Source of the DNA: an uncultured Bacilli bacterium
GTDB lineage: Bacteria > Bacillota_I > Bacilli_A > RF39 > UBA660
Assembly (NCBI GenBank): GCA_910578855.1
Contig: CAJTRV010000004.1
Span: 5,551 to 69,550, forward strand
Reading direction: 5' to 3'
Length of the DNA: 64,000 nucleotides
Shown here: piece after piece, positions 40,752 to 51,900 of the stretch
Layout of the letters: each line of letters starts with the position of its first letter
Position numbering within the stretch: the first letter of the stretch is position 1
Notes under the pieces: model-generated
What the model saw: the letters and a program-made list of their open reading frames with translations, nothing else
Told to the model about the DNA's origin: nothing
The model's database searches: none
Translations under genes and position numbers: made by a program

Positions 40752-41648
40752 TCACTTCTCATGGGCCCGGGGATGGGTGTGGAGATAAACACTTCGAAGT
40801 CGTTCATTCGAAACATGGGTATAAATTTGGGTTGTACTTAAGTTTTCATGTCCCAATAATTCTTGAACACTCTTTAAATCCGCCCCATTATTTAAAAGAT
40901 GGGTGGCAAAGGTATGGCGCAGCGTATGGGGAGAAACATGGAGTTTTAATCCACTTTGCTTCAATAGTTTATTTATGATATAACGAACTCCGGCAGTCGA
41001 TAATTGATTCCCATCTTTATTTAAAAATAAATATGATGTCGGTTTCTGGTGAAGCAACTTCTTTCGACCATCTTGCAAGTATAATTCTAATAATTTAGCA
41101 CATTGACGACCATATAATACATAGCGTTCCTTGTTTCCTTTTCCGCAAATTTTAATATTCCGCTCAGTGTATTTAATGTGTTTTAACTGAATAGAAACCA
41201 GCTCACTAACCCGAATGCCGCTAGCATACAGTAATTCCAAAATTAAGGCATCACGCTGCCCAAATGGATCTTTCAAATCAGGAAGTCCTAAAATTGTCTC
41301 AATTTCTGTATCATTGAGATAATTTGGTAACTTTTTATCCTGTTTTGGATTACTAATCAAAGTCATAGGGTTAACCGTAATCTGCTCTTCCTGAAGCAAA
41401 TACTTAAAAAAAGAGCGTAGTGTACTAATATGTCTTGCAATCGTCTTTTTAGCATATTGTTTTTCATACATCATTTTTAGAAAAGAACGAATATCTTGAT
41501 ATGTCACTTGTGAAAACGAATGCATCTTCTGCTGCCTCAAAAATTCACTAAAATGACATAAATCTTCTTCGTAACTCAAAATGGTATCATCCGCATACTG
41601 TTTTTCAAATGTCAAATAATCTAAAAAAGCTTGTTTGTTTCTATCCAT
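40752..41648 (-). CDS. Tyrosine recombinase XerC/XerD family
   Basis: R...HTLRHTFATHLL...LGHENLSTTQIYTHV catalytic motifs. Confidence 0.85.
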   Translation of the reverse strand: MDRNKQAFLDYLTFEKQYADDTILSYEEDLCHFSEFLRQQKMHSFSQVTYQDIRSFLKMMYEKQYAKKTIARHISTLRSFFKYLLQEEQITVNPMTLISNPKQDKKLPNYLNDTEIETILGLPDLKDPFGQRDALILELLYASGIRVSELVSIQLKHIKYTERNIKICGKGNKERYVLYGRQCAKLLELYLQDGRKKLLHQKPTSYLFLNKDGNQLSTAGVRYIINKLLKQSGLKLHVSPHTLRHTFATHLLNNGADLKSVQELLGHENLSTTQIYTHVSNERLRSVYLHTHPRAHEK

Positions 41649-41718
41649 ACTATCATCTCTATTTTTAGCATAACAAATTTTAAAAGAAAGAGCAAATAAA
41701 AATGACTATGAAAGTCAT

Positions 41719-42705
41719 TTAACGTCTTATTGTGCATCCATTATAATTATCTTGGGGACGATAGTATCCAGGTTGAGTCAAACGATCGATAAGATCAAAA
41801 ATCTCACCCGCAAGGTCAGCACGTTCTTGGCGTAAAACATCAAATTGCATCATCATCTCCAGCATTGCTTTTACCCTATCATAATCATTTCGTCTACGAA
41901 AAGGAATCTTTGAAAGATCAACCGTTCCATTAATAATTGATTGATAAAATTTCCAAACCACTTCATTTCCTTGATAACGAAGAGAATCAATATAACTCAA
42001 ATTTTCACTTCCGAAAGAAGCGGCCGTTATTTCATCAGGCTTTTCGCAATGATAAAGCCACCAATCGCGTTGTGTTACTTTTTGTTCCTTTAATTCCTTA
42101 AAATAATGACTTGCAGCTATATAGGTTCCGCGTAATACAGGATAAGAACTCATCAACTGAAAGACATTATAAATTGAGACGTGATTCCCATTATAGTGTT
42201 GTAATGCCTGTTTCATCTTAGTTCCAATATAAGGACCTTCCATCAAATGATTCCGGTAAGCTGCTTGATCGATATCATTCATAAATTGTTCTTTATAATG
42301 CAAAAACGAATCAGCAAGCATAGGGATTGTTTCATTCTTCGAATCCATACTTTCGAGAATTTCTTCCATCATATAATCATGATAAAGTGGCTCGATATCG
42401 ATTCGTTGCTTCTGTTTCTTTTTAAATAATTCAATCCGTACAAAAGCTTTGTACTGATCTTCAAATGGATCATATGATGTAAAATACTGATCAATAAAGT
42501 GTTCCATGCAATCGTACTTTAACAATTCACGATCAATATCACTAAGCCGATTCCCAATCTCTTCAGGACAAAATGTATAGATATGATCAAAACGGGTATA
42601 ATGATTGATCGTTAAATGAAATAAACTAGGATCTTTTGGCTTTATTTGATCTCCCATAGTTTCAACGATAAGAAAATACTGATTATTTCGTTTTCTTACT
42701 TTCAT
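41719..42705 (-). CDS. Hypothetical protein
   Basis: The start was set to MKVRKR, which has a GAGGGA RBS. Confidence 0.45.
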   Translation of the reverse strand: MKVRKRNNQYFLIVETMGDQIKPKDPSLFHLTINHYTRFDHIYTFCPEEIGNRLSDIDRELLKYDCMEHFIDQYFTSYDPFEDQYKAFVRIELFKKKQKQRIDIEPLYHDYMMEEILESMDSKNETIPMLADSFLHYKEQFMNDIDQAAYRNHLMEGPYIGTKMKQALQHYNGNHVSIYNVFQLMSSYPVLRGTYIAASHYFKELKEQKVTQRDWWLYHCEKPDEITAASFGSENLSYIDSLRYQGNEVVWKFYQSIINGTVDLSKIPFRRRNDYDRVKAMLEMMMQFDVLRQERADLAGEIFDLIDRLTQPGYYRPQDNYNGCTIRR

Positions 42706-42792
42706 ACTATCCCTCACTTCTTTCATTATATCCAATCTTGGGCCAAACGTCAATTGCATCTTTATCCTTTTTCCTACAAAAAAAGGGAAAGC

Positions 42793-43212
42793 TTATTTCC
42801 CTTCGCTTTCCAAACGTGTTAACACTTCTTTGGTCGTTGTAATCGCTTTTTCCCGAATTGAGTTTGCTGTTTTTTCTAACACTGGTGTCCCTTTTTCTAC
42901 CGTATATTCAACCAATTCTTCCACAGCATCTTGAATTTGTTTTGCTTTTTTCTTGGCAATCTTAAGAACTTTCTCTTTGTCTAAGTCTTCTAGTTCTTCT
43001 TTGATCTCATACAACTTTTCTTCAAACTCTACTTTTACTTCTTCAACATCAATATCTTTAATTTTAAGAATCATATCATCGATCGCTTTTTTTAAATCTT
43101 CTCTTGTTTCACTTCCTTTTTTCGGTGCGAACAAAATTCCAAGTCCAGCCCCAAGTGCTGCTCCAGCTAAAAATTTTCCAAAACCACTATGCTTTTTACT
43201 CTTTTTACTCAT
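42793..43212 (-). CDS. YtxH-like general stress protein
   Basis: GFGKFLAGAALGAGLGILFAPKKGSETR N-terminus. Confidence 0.65.
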   Translation of the reverse strand: MSKKSKKHSGFGKFLAGAALGAGLGILFAPKKGSETREDLKKAIDDMILKIKDIDVEEVKVEFEEKLYEIKEELEDLDKEKVLKIAKKKAKQIQDAVEELVEYTVEKGTPVLEKTANSIREKAITTTKEVLTRLESEGK

Positions 43213-43492
43213 AATTGTTATCCTCTTTTCTTTTTCTATTCATGATACGACTCACGGTTCGTGTAATATATCCAACCGCCATATCACTTACCGATGCTAA
43301 AGCATCAGCAGTATGATCAACAATATCAAACACACCATTTAACTTACTCGCTTTTAAATTAACATCATCAATTAGCGTATCCACTCGATTCAACGTCTGA
43401 ATCAATCGGACACCTAATACAATCATGACAATTAATAATATGCTACCTAACATATAAAGTATGATTGGAAATAATTCATTTATACAGATCAT
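43205..43492 (-). CDS. DUF948-like membrane protein
   Basis: N-terminal TM helix plus a helical region. Adjacent to the ytxH-like gene. Confidence 0.55.
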   Translation of the reverse strand: MICINELFPIILYMLGSILLIVMIVLGVRLIQTLNRVDTLIDDVNLKASKLNGVFDIVDHTADALASVSDMAVGYITRTVSRIMNRKRKEDNNYE

Positions 43493-44292
43493 TATTCTTC
43501 ATCTCTCTTTTCATACATCGAATCAATCAAATGAAACAAATCATTTTCATCTAATTCTTGGTCTTCTACTTCTTGATTTAACGCTTCTTCAACCATATTA
43601 TCAGATTCGATCGCGTGGGCCATTGCTGGCGATTCTTCCACATTACCAATTGTAATATCATCCGTCTGATCAATCACTGGTTCGGTAAGATGATCGACAC
43701 TCATTTCCTCAAAAATATCATTTTCTAATGACTCTTCACCAAATTGATTTTCTAAGACAAGATCATCATCTTGCAAAGCAGATTCGGTATGCAAATTCAA
43801 ATCTATATCATCTTCTAGAGTGCCAAATGCCTTTTTTCGTACTTCATCTACCGTTAATTCTCTTGTTGTCTCATGGTAATAGGATGATACAAAATCTTCT
43901 CCTTTATTCACAATATCTTCTTTTTTATAATTTTTATCTAAAATACCATACACTGGAGAAATAATTGGCGAAGGCTCGAATACATGCTTTTCCCGACGGT
44001 CTTTTTGATGATACGTTGGCCGTTCCGTTCGCTTAGCAGGTACTTCCTCTTTCCGTTTTGGCTTTGGTTTTGGTTGTTCCAAATTGACAAAATCCTTGTC
44101 ATCAAAGAACACTGGTCCCGATGTTTTCATTTCTTCTAATGGGGCAATGACATGATCCACTTCAGGTACTCGTACAGTTTCCTTCTTCGGTACTGGGGCC
44201 TTAATCTCCACCTGCATCACTTCTTTTTTAACGGGTTCAATGATTTCCTCTTCCTCTGTGAATAAATTCTTCATTTTTTCCATAAATCCCAT
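43492..44292 (-). CDS. Acidic hypothetical protein
   Basis: E/D-rich 266 aa. Confidence 0.45.
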   Translation of the reverse strand: MGFMEKMKNLFTEEEEIIEPVKKEVMQVEIKAPVPKKETVRVPEVDHVIAPLEEMKTSGPVFFDDKDFVNLEQPKPKPKRKEEVPAKRTERPTYHQKDRREKHVFEPSPIISPVYGILDKNYKKEDIVNKGEDFVSSYYHETTRELTVDEVRKKAFGTLEDDIDLNLHTESALQDDDLVLENQFGEESLENDIFEEMSVDHLTEPVIDQTDDITIGNVEESPAMAHAIESDNMVEEALNQEVEDQELDENDLFHLIDSMYEKRDEE

Positions 44293-44293
44293 C

Positions 44294-44944
44294 TTATTTC
44301 ACCTCTTCGTTTTTCTTTGCTTCTGCTTCCAGGCGTTTTGCTTCTTCTTCATCATACTGTAAAAAATTGTTATCAGTATCCTTCTTAGTCGTGTCAAAAA
44401 TATCATATTTTTCCTCTTTATTGACAAAACTATTTTCATTCATCATAAGTTTAATTACATTATGATTAAATTTAACTGTTGACAAGATATAGGAAGCATT
44501 TAAGACTGTTTCGTTGATATCTTGTTTATCAACCAACGCTTCAATCTTAGAATAGTTATACATGAATTCAATGAGATATTTTCCATCCATCTCGTTAATC
44601 TCCAAATAGCCTGTCTTACCATTCATATTTAGCGCTCTAGAATAATAAGCATCCGGATTTTCTTGATAATTACTCTTGGCTTTATGATAATACCGAATTG
44701 CGTCAATATATAAATAATAATAAGTACCATTGGAATACAGCTTTTCATTTAATTCATTGGTATCAATATAAGTTACACCTCGTGGTACATAATACTTATA
44801 TCCCTTACCTACGCGATTATATAATGTATTGTTCTTCGATAATATTACATTGATAGTATTATCTATACTTGCTGTATCTATTCTCACAACAGTACATCCT
44901 GATAGAAAGACTACAGTAAGCATTATCCATATGAGTTTTTTCAT
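44294..44944 (-). CDS. Lipoprotein of unknown function
   Basis: LSGC lipobox. Confidence 0.55.
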   Translation of the reverse strand: MKKLIWIMLTVVFLSGCTVVRIDTASIDNTINVILSKNNTLYNRVGKGYKYYVPRGVTYIDTNELNEKLYSNGTYYYLYIDAIRYYHKAKSNYQENPDAYYSRALNMNGKTGYLEINEMDGKYLIEFMYNYSKIEALVDKQDINETVLNASYILSTVKFNHNVIKLMMNENSFVNKEEKYDIFDTTKKDTDNNFLQYDEEEAKRLEAEAKKNEEVK

Positions 44945-45023
44945 ATATCACCACTCTTTCTAAATTATATCAGATTTTAATGACTTGCAAAAGTCCTTTT
45001 GTTTTTTAGTGTATATCAAATGT

Positions 45024-45662
45024 CTAATCATGCTTTTTGGCAACTAGTTTATAGATTGGAAAACCTTGATTGGCAAACCTTTCTTCATATTCAGTTGGAA
45101 TATTATCCTTTACATTATCTTGATATAAATCGAGAGATAATTCCGTTAGTTGGTATCCATAATTAGCAATACTCATTATGGAATATGCAAATAAAGATCG
45201 ATTATCTGTTTTCATAACAATTTGTTTTTCTTGACAAAATAAGGAATCATATTTTTGAAGAAATAACGGACTACTTAATCGACGATTCTGATGCCGTTTC
45301 TTAGGCCATGGATCAGAAAAATTCAAATATACAGTCGTAATTTCATGATCAAATACCTCCATAATATGAAGCGCATCCATACGAATTAGTTTTAGATTTT
45401 GTAGTGGTTCTTCCACTTCCAACTTCTCAATCGCCCGAACAATCACACTATCAAATTTTTCAATTCCAATAAAATTGATCTCAGGATAACGTTTGGCATT
45501 TTCAATAATAAAATTTCCTTTTCCCATTCCAATTTCAACATGGATTGGATTATGATTTTGAAAGACTTGGTTCCAGGCTCCAAAATGGTCCTTAGGATCT
45601 AAGACCATATAGGGGGAGTTATAAATCTTCTCCTCTGCCCCTTTCACTTTTTTTAATCTCAT
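45024..45662 (-). CDS. trmB: tRNA (guanine46-N7)-methyltransferase
   Basis: VEIGMGKG, LNFSDPWPKKRH motifs. Confidence 0.85.
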   Translation of the reverse strand: MRLKKVKGAEEKIYNSPYMVLDPKDHFGAWNQVFQNHNPIHVEIGMGKGNFIIENAKRYPEINFIGIEKFDSVIVRAIEKLEVEEPLQNLKLIRMDALHIMEVFDHEITTVYLNFSDPWPKKRHQNRRLSSPLFLQKYDSLFCQEKQIVMKTDNRSLFAYSIMSIANYGYQLTELSLDLYQDNVKDNIPTEYEERFANQGFPIYKLVAKKHD

Positions 45663-45757
45663 ATTATCACCACAGACATTATATCATATTTTTAAATTTG
45701 ACACCATTTTATTCTAGATGCATATAATGAATTAGAGAAATAAAAGGAGTGTGTAAT

Positions 45758-46126
45758 GTGAAGAAAGATAGAAACTGTGGTTGTCCTGGAAACATGGCAA
45801 TGCCCTATGGTGGTATGCCCGTAATGCCAGGTGCTCCAATGCCAGGAGGAATGCCAGGAGGAATGCCTGTATATCCAATGGGTCCAGGAATGGCATACCC
45901 AATGCCAAATGATATGAATACCATGCCAACACCTAGTACAGGAAGTACGATGAATTCTAATTCAGGCATCACGACCAACCAAGCTGTAACAGCCGTTGAA
46001 CAGTTACAAGCCCAGATCAATAATATTGATCGCCGAGTTAGTCGCTTAGAGTCAATGATTCAAGATACTAAATCAACATCATTCTCTAGTAACAAATATA
46101 CTGATTCAAATTATCATATGATGTAA
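45758..46126 (+). CDS. Met/Pro/Gly-rich protein with a C-terminal coiled coil
   Basis: A GTG at 45758 lies 8 nt after the AAGGAG RBS, so it is the likely start (the track start at 45749 sits inside the SD). MPGGMPGGMPVYPMGPGMAYPMP repeats. Confidence 0.45.
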   Translation: MKKDRNCGCPGNMAMPYGGMPVMPGAPMPGGMPGGMPVYPMGPGMAYPMPNDMNTMPTPSTGSTMNSNSGITTNQAVTAVEQLQAQINNIDRRVSRLESMIQDTKSTSFSSNKYTDSNYHMM

Positions 46127-46162
46127 CAAAAAACTTCACAAATCGTGAAGCTTTTTTTAGTA

Positions 46163-48073
46163 TTAGAAACGGCCACCACCACCGCCGCCACCGAAAGATC
46201 CACCACCACTAGAAAATCCTCCGCCAAATCCGCCACCAGATGAGTTGGACGACTGAGCAGCACTTTTGGTTGAAATCGCATTCGATACAGCCCGACTCAT
46301 TCCCTGATTAATTGCTCGGTTAAATGAAACCATAAAATAGAAATCATATGAACTATCTGGGTAAATCGAATGGTCACCAGAATAATATTCCTGAGCCTTG
46401 ATCTCCATCGTTTTCGCTAGCTTATTAGCACATCCTAGAACGACAGCATAAACAAGATATTTTTCCCATAGAACAATCTCTGGTAATTCTTTTTGACTAA
46501 AATTCCCAAAGTCTAATAAGAAATTTTTAAACGCTTTCCAGCGAACATATAATTCATTTCCTTGAATCGTTCGTTTTTGAAATGATAATAGATAGATTAT
46601 ACTACCAATTGTCAGTACCAAAATAGAGGCTATAACAATATTATTTACCTCTAAATTAACAAGCATAAAGACAAGAATAAATCCTAGTAAAGCATAGAAA
46701 ACAGTTCCTATTTTTTGACGCGTAAAATTGTAGAAAAAATTACGTTGTTCAGCCTCTTTTTTCACAATATTTTTCCAATCCTCATAGCCACTTAAAAAGG
46801 TATCATAGTTGCGTTTGGCATCCTTTTGCAATTCTGATAACAAGATACTTTCCTCTTTTGAAGCATCATGATGACTTTTCTGAAATAACCATCCTATCAA
46901 AATTCGATCAGTTGGTGATAACGTCTCATTGGCAATTTGATCTGGTTGATAAAGAAAACGATAGTCATCTTTTTTCTTTCCTTGAACTTTTTCAACCTTA
47001 ATTGCTTTCCGATAAACAAGATCTAAAATGGTTGCCGATAATGCCTTAGTTCCAATTTTTTGTTCCATCAAATATTCAATTGTTGACGGCGAATCCTCAC
47101 TCGGAAACTCTCGATAATACTTACCTGTAAAATTACCTCGATATTCTTTATCATACTTGAAATAAACCCAGATCACGATTGCGATCATTCCCAGTGACCA
47201 TAATCCACTAAGCATTAAAACTCCATAGTATTTTACCCGAGCTTGCTTACGAATTTGATTGGCTTCATCGGCCATTTTCTCCTCATACTTCAGAATCTTA
47301 TCTAAAGCTATCACATCTGTTTTTTTCGTACTTTCTTTAATCACTTCTTGATCAAAAGCGAGCCGAACATCAAAGGCAGTATTTGCTGATAAATGATCGA
47401 TGGTCACTTTGACTGTTTCAGAATCAATTATTTCACTCTTTCCATTCAATGGACCATGCGCCCAAATTCGCATCAAAGTTTTATTATCCGGAAGATGAAC
47501 CATTAGTTCAAAATAACCAACTGATTCTTTTAATTCGTCACTAAAAATATTCCAACCAATTTCTGCCATATCCTGATGTAGAATGGCTGCATTTTTGACA
47601 ATATATTCTAAATAAAATGATTTGTTTCGCTCACTTGGATTATAAATTCGGTACCGATAACCATTTGCTTTACTTATTGTTGTGTAATCCCCATAATCAC
47701 TTCCAATATTGGTAGCAGTAAAGACTTCGATATCACGATCTGTAAGTGTTTCTAAACGTTTCCCACGATCAACTGCCCCTACTCTTACTAGTACAATATC
47801 ATCAGCATTATGAATGTCACTCCCACCATAATAATTTTGATTTGCGTCAAAAGATGAAGCAAGGGAGTTCTTATAATTAATAATACGATCATACCCATTA
47901 TAATCCCCATTCACGGTAAATAATTCCTTTATGAGAATATCCCCGTTAGCCTGTACAGTTGCATCCATATAATAATGCTTAATGCCATCATCACTTGCCA
48001 TTACATAATCAGGCGCAACATTCAATGCCAAAACAAAGAAAAATGCAATGATAAGACTTTTTATTTTTTTCAC
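46163..48073 (-). CDS. DUF2207-family membrane protein with a Gly-rich C-terminal tail
   Basis: Signal peptide, internal TM helices, C-terminal GGGFGGGFSSGGGSFGGGGGGGRF. Confidence 0.65.
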   Translation of the reverse strand: MKKIKSLIIAFFFVLALNVAPDYVMASDDGIKHYYMDATVQANGDILIKELFTVNGDYNGYDRIINYKNSLASSFDANQNYYGGSDIHNADDIVLVRVGAVDRGKRLETLTDRDIEVFTATNIGSDYGDYTTISKANGYRYRIYNPSERNKSFYLEYIVKNAAILHQDMAEIGWNIFSDELKESVGYFELMVHLPDNKTLMRIWAHGPLNGKSEIIDSETVKVTIDHLSANTAFDVRLAFDQEVIKESTKKTDVIALDKILKYEEKMADEANQIRKQARVKYYGVLMLSGLWSLGMIAIVIWVYFKYDKEYRGNFTGKYYREFPSEDSPSTIEYLMEQKIGTKALSATILDLVYRKAIKVEKVQGKKKDDYRFLYQPDQIANETLSPTDRILIGWLFQKSHHDASKEESILLSELQKDAKRNYDTFLSGYEDWKNIVKKEAEQRNFFYNFTRQKIGTVFYALLGFILVFMLVNLEVNNIVIASILVLTIGSIIYLLSFQKRTIQGNELYVRWKAFKNFLLDFGNFSQKELPEIVLWEKYLVYAVVLGCANKLAKTMEIKAQEYYSGDHSIYPDSSYDFYFMVSFNRAINQGMSRAVSNAISTKSAAQSSNSSGGGFGGGFSSGGGSFGGGGGGGRF

Positions 48074-48115
48074 TCTAACACTCCTTCATTATAAAAAAGG
48101 GCTTACTTTGTAAGC

Positions 48116-48679
48116 CTAAAATTTTACTTGTGGCACTTCTTTATCCGCTTCAGATGCTTCAAAGAATGCTTCCTGTTTAAATCCAAACATTCCGGCGATA
48201 ATATTAGATGGGAACATTTCTAATTTATTTTTATAGGCAAGTACCGTATCATTATAAAATTGTCTTGCAAATGTTATTTTATCTTCGGTATCCTGTAATG
48301 AAGCTTGTAATTCCATAAAATTGGTATTGGCTTTTAAATCAGGGTAACTTTCCGTAAGAGCAAATAAACGACTCAAGGCACCACTGAGTTCTCCATTAGC
48401 GGCCATTTCATCAACAGGGGTAGTCGCACTCACCGCTTTATTCCGCGCGTTGATCACCGCATCTAATGTTTCTTTTTCATGACCAGCATATCCTTTGACA
48501 GTTTCCACTAAATTAGGGATTAAATCAGCCCGTCTTTTTAAGACAACATCCACTTGTGCCCATTGATCTTTCACTCGATTCCTTAAACGAACTAAGGAAT
48601 TGTAAACTCCCATCGCCCATAGGGCAATTAAGACGATTAAGACAACGATAACAATAACACCAACCATAATTCCATTCAT
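48116..48679 (-). CDS. lemA: LemA-family protein
   Basis: TM helix plus GVYNSLVRLRNRVKDQWAQVDVVLKRRADLIPNLV. The start was set after the GAAGGAGGA RBS. Confidence 0.8.
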   Translation of the reverse strand: MNGIMVGVIVIVVLIVLIALWAMGVYNSLVRLRNRVKDQWAQVDVVLKRRADLIPNLVETVKGYAGHEKETLDAVINARNKAVSATTPVDEMAANGELSGALSRLFALTESYPDLKANTNFMELQASLQDTEDKITFARQFYNDTVLAYKNKLEMFPSNIIAGMFGFKQEAFFEASEADKEVPQVKF

Positions 48680-48786
48680 AACAAATCCTCCTTCTATTTT
48701 CATTATATAATAATTTTCTAAAAAAATATAGATAAATTGAATAAAATTGAATTATTTCATCACTATAACTTAGAAAGGATGGTTAT

Positions 48787-48990
48787 ATGAATATCGATAT
48801 TAGAAAAAACATCATCGACAATTTTAAAGGATCAGATATTGAGGAGATTAAAACATCGATTGTCTCTTCAATTTCAGAACATCAAGAAATTACATTACCT
48901 GGACTTGGTGTCTTCTTTGAATTACTATGGAACAATAGCGATGAATCAAATCAAACCGAGATATTAAATACCATCAAAAAAGGACTTTAA
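48787..48990 (+). CDS. sspI: Small acid-soluble spore protein I
   Basis: LPGLGVFFELLWNNSDESNQTEILNTIKKGL matches the SspI core LPGLGVLFEVIW...E.EML.TLE.GL. Confidence 0.8.
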   Translation: MNIDIRKNIIDNFKGSDIEEIKTSIVSSISEHQEITLPGLGVFFELLWNNSDESNQTEILNTIKKGL

Positions 48991-51900
48991 CAGTCTTTTT
49001 TTGATGCTAATTCTTGATAAGATTGAAAGCGTCGCATCGCATCTTGTTTATTTTGTTCAAACAATTCTTTCGCATGATCAGGATTAACTGTTTCTAACAT
49101 TTGATAGCGAAGCTGACTTCGTAAATAGTTCTCATACTGATCAAAATCGACATTTTTATAATCTAGAAGGAATTTTCCGGTCTCAGGATGCCGATGAAAG
49201 ATTGGGAAATAGCCACAAGTAACCGCCAGTTTTTCACTCGCAATACTCTCCTGCATTCCCCCAATTAGTCCATGGGCAATACATGGGGCATAAGCAATGA
49301 TAATAGATGGCCCATCATAATTAGCAGCCTCCCTCATCACCCGAATTACCTGTTGCATATTGCCACCCAGTGATACTTGGGCAACATAAACATGAGGATA
49401 CATAAGCGCAATTGCTGCCAAATCTTTCTTAGCTAGTTTCTTTCCACTCGAAGTAAATGAGGCAATCGTTCCTTTGGGACTTGCTTTACTAGACTGCCCG
49501 CCAGTATTAGAATAAACTTCAGTATCTAAAACGAGAATGTTGATATTATCACTCCGTGATAAAACATGATCAATCCCACTATATCCAATGTCGTAGGCCC
49601 AACCATCCCCGCCGATACACCAAACTGTCTTGGTCAAAAAATCACTTCGATAATTTTCTAACTCACTTGGTAACTTCATAGTACTTAACGTATGATATAA
49701 TTCTTTTACTTGATCCAAATCATGATGTTGTTCAAGCCATGTTTCAAAAATAGGATATTCCCTTTGATATTTCGCTACCAGTGCTCGCATCCGTTCTTGT
49801 TTTAGCTGTTCTGACAATAAAATTCCATACCCATATTCAGCATTGTCTTCAAACAATGACGATCCCCAGGATACTTGATATGGTAATGTCGGAACACTGG
49901 CTCCATAAATAGACGAGCACCCAGTCGCATTGGCAATCACGAGTTGCTCCCCAAATAACTGTGTTAATAATTTAATATAGGCTGGTTCCCCACAGCCAGC
50001 ACAAGCCCCACAGAATTCAAATTTAGGCTTGCGAAATTGACTTCCCTTGATCGTATATTTATTCCCTACAGGTTTTTCTGTAACATGTTGATTTACATAA
50101 TCAAATATTTCCTGCTCATGATTTCGCTTGCTATCGTCTAAACTAATTTCAGTAAGAGCTTTCGGAATCGCAGGACATGTTTTAATACATAACCCACACC
50201 CGGTACAGTTTTGAATCGATACAGCCAACAAATAGTAATAGTCGGATAAATCTGGTGTTTTGGCCTTTATTGCACGCTGTTTTACAATATCTGGAGCTTC
50301 TTGATACTCTGCCTCTGTTAATAGAAAAGGTCGAATGACACTATGCGGACAGACAAAGGAACATTGATTACATTGAATACAATTGCTGCTGATCCACTCG
50401 GGAACCAAGGCACTGATTCCCCGTTTCATCGTCTCCTTTTCATCATAGTAGAATTTTCCATCGGCCCCTTTAAGAAATGCGCTAGTTGGAAGAAGATTGG
50501 CAGTTCTATTTTGGAGAGCGTTGATCACACTCTTATTGGCAAGATCTAATATTTCAGCATCATCAGTGTCATATATACTAATTCTTGTGATATAGCTAAG
50601 GGCTTGATCAAGCGCTTGAATATTGGCCTCGACAACTTTATGACCTTTTTTATAAAAGTGATGTTGAATATACTGGATTAATTCCTGTTTCATCTCTTCA
50701 TGAGAAAAATCTTCTAATAAAGACAGAATTGCACTTTCCATAATCATACTAATTTTATCTTTTAGACCTAACTTTCGAGCTAGTGCATAAGCATGAATGG
50801 TGTAGCAAGTAATATTTTGATCCCGTAATAACTGCTTATCTTTTGGTGTTAATAAATGATTCAATTCTTCTTCCGTCTTAGCCGTATTAATTAAGACAAT
50901 TCCATTTTTACAAATTCCATGAAAACAATCAAAGTCATCAAGGTAAGTATCTTTACTAATAACCACAATCCGTGGATGTTCAACATAATAAGTTGATCGA
51001 ATAGGATGCTCACTAATTCGTAGATGACTAATCGTTACCCCACCTGATTTTTTAGAATCATATTGGAAATAGCCTTGAATATACTGATTTTTACTAGTTC
51101 CGATTAATTTTAACAAGGACTTACTAGCGCTGATCATTCCGTCACTACCATATCCATAAATGCGCATTTCATGCGATGATGAAATATAAAAATGATGATC
51201 AACTGGCAAACTCAAATGGGTCACATCATCGATAATCCCCACCGTAAAGTTATGAAATGGTTGCTTTCGTAAAAAATCATAGACCGCCTTGATATCAGCC
51301 GGAGTTGTATTTTTACTAGATAATCCATAACGTCCTCCATAAACAGAAATGTTATCTCCTAAGACACTCTTAATATCTAAATATAACGGTTCCCCTACAC
51401 TTCCACTTTCTTTGGTACGATCTAAGACTGCAATTCTTTGAACTGTGGTCGGCAATACTTGTAATAGATACTTCGGACTAAATGGGCGATATAGGTGAAC
51501 GATGATCAACCCTACTTGATATCCTTGTTCATTTAAGACATCAATCGTTTCCTTGATCGTCTCTGTCACCGACCCCATTGCCACGATAATATGCTCAGCA
51601 ACACTCGATCCATAGTATTCAAATGGCTGATAATGCGTCCCCTTAATCCGATTGATTTTAGTCATGTAATCGTTAACTATATCAGGAATTGCATCATATG
51701 CTTGATTTCGTGCTTCCGTAGCTTGGAAGTAAATATCATCATTCTGATTGGTTCCAATAGTATAAGGGGTCTCTCCTAATAAAGAATGAGTTCTAAATTT
51801 CTCTACCTTTTTCTTATTCAATAATGGAGCTAGATCATCACGTTCTAATAAAGTCACAGTAGATAATTCATGACTGGTTCGAAAGCCATCAAAAAAGTGA

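Noticed and set aside
40752-41648. XerC/XerD recombinase as the integrase of either island
   Set aside because: It lies about 11-14 kb from both accessory regions and is embedded in core genes of normal composition (ppdK, ytxH-like). It looks like the housekeeping dimer-resolution recombinase.
45749-45757. Track start codon GTG at 45749 for the MPG-rich ORF
   Set aside because: That GTG is inside the AAGGAG Shine-Dalgarno. The GTG at 45758 (8-nt spacing) is the plausible start.
46190-47980. Gly-rich C-terminus of DUF2207 and the MPG repeats as non-coding tandem repeats
   Set aside because: These are in-frame low-complexity coding segments with proper stops and RBSs, not intergenic repeats.
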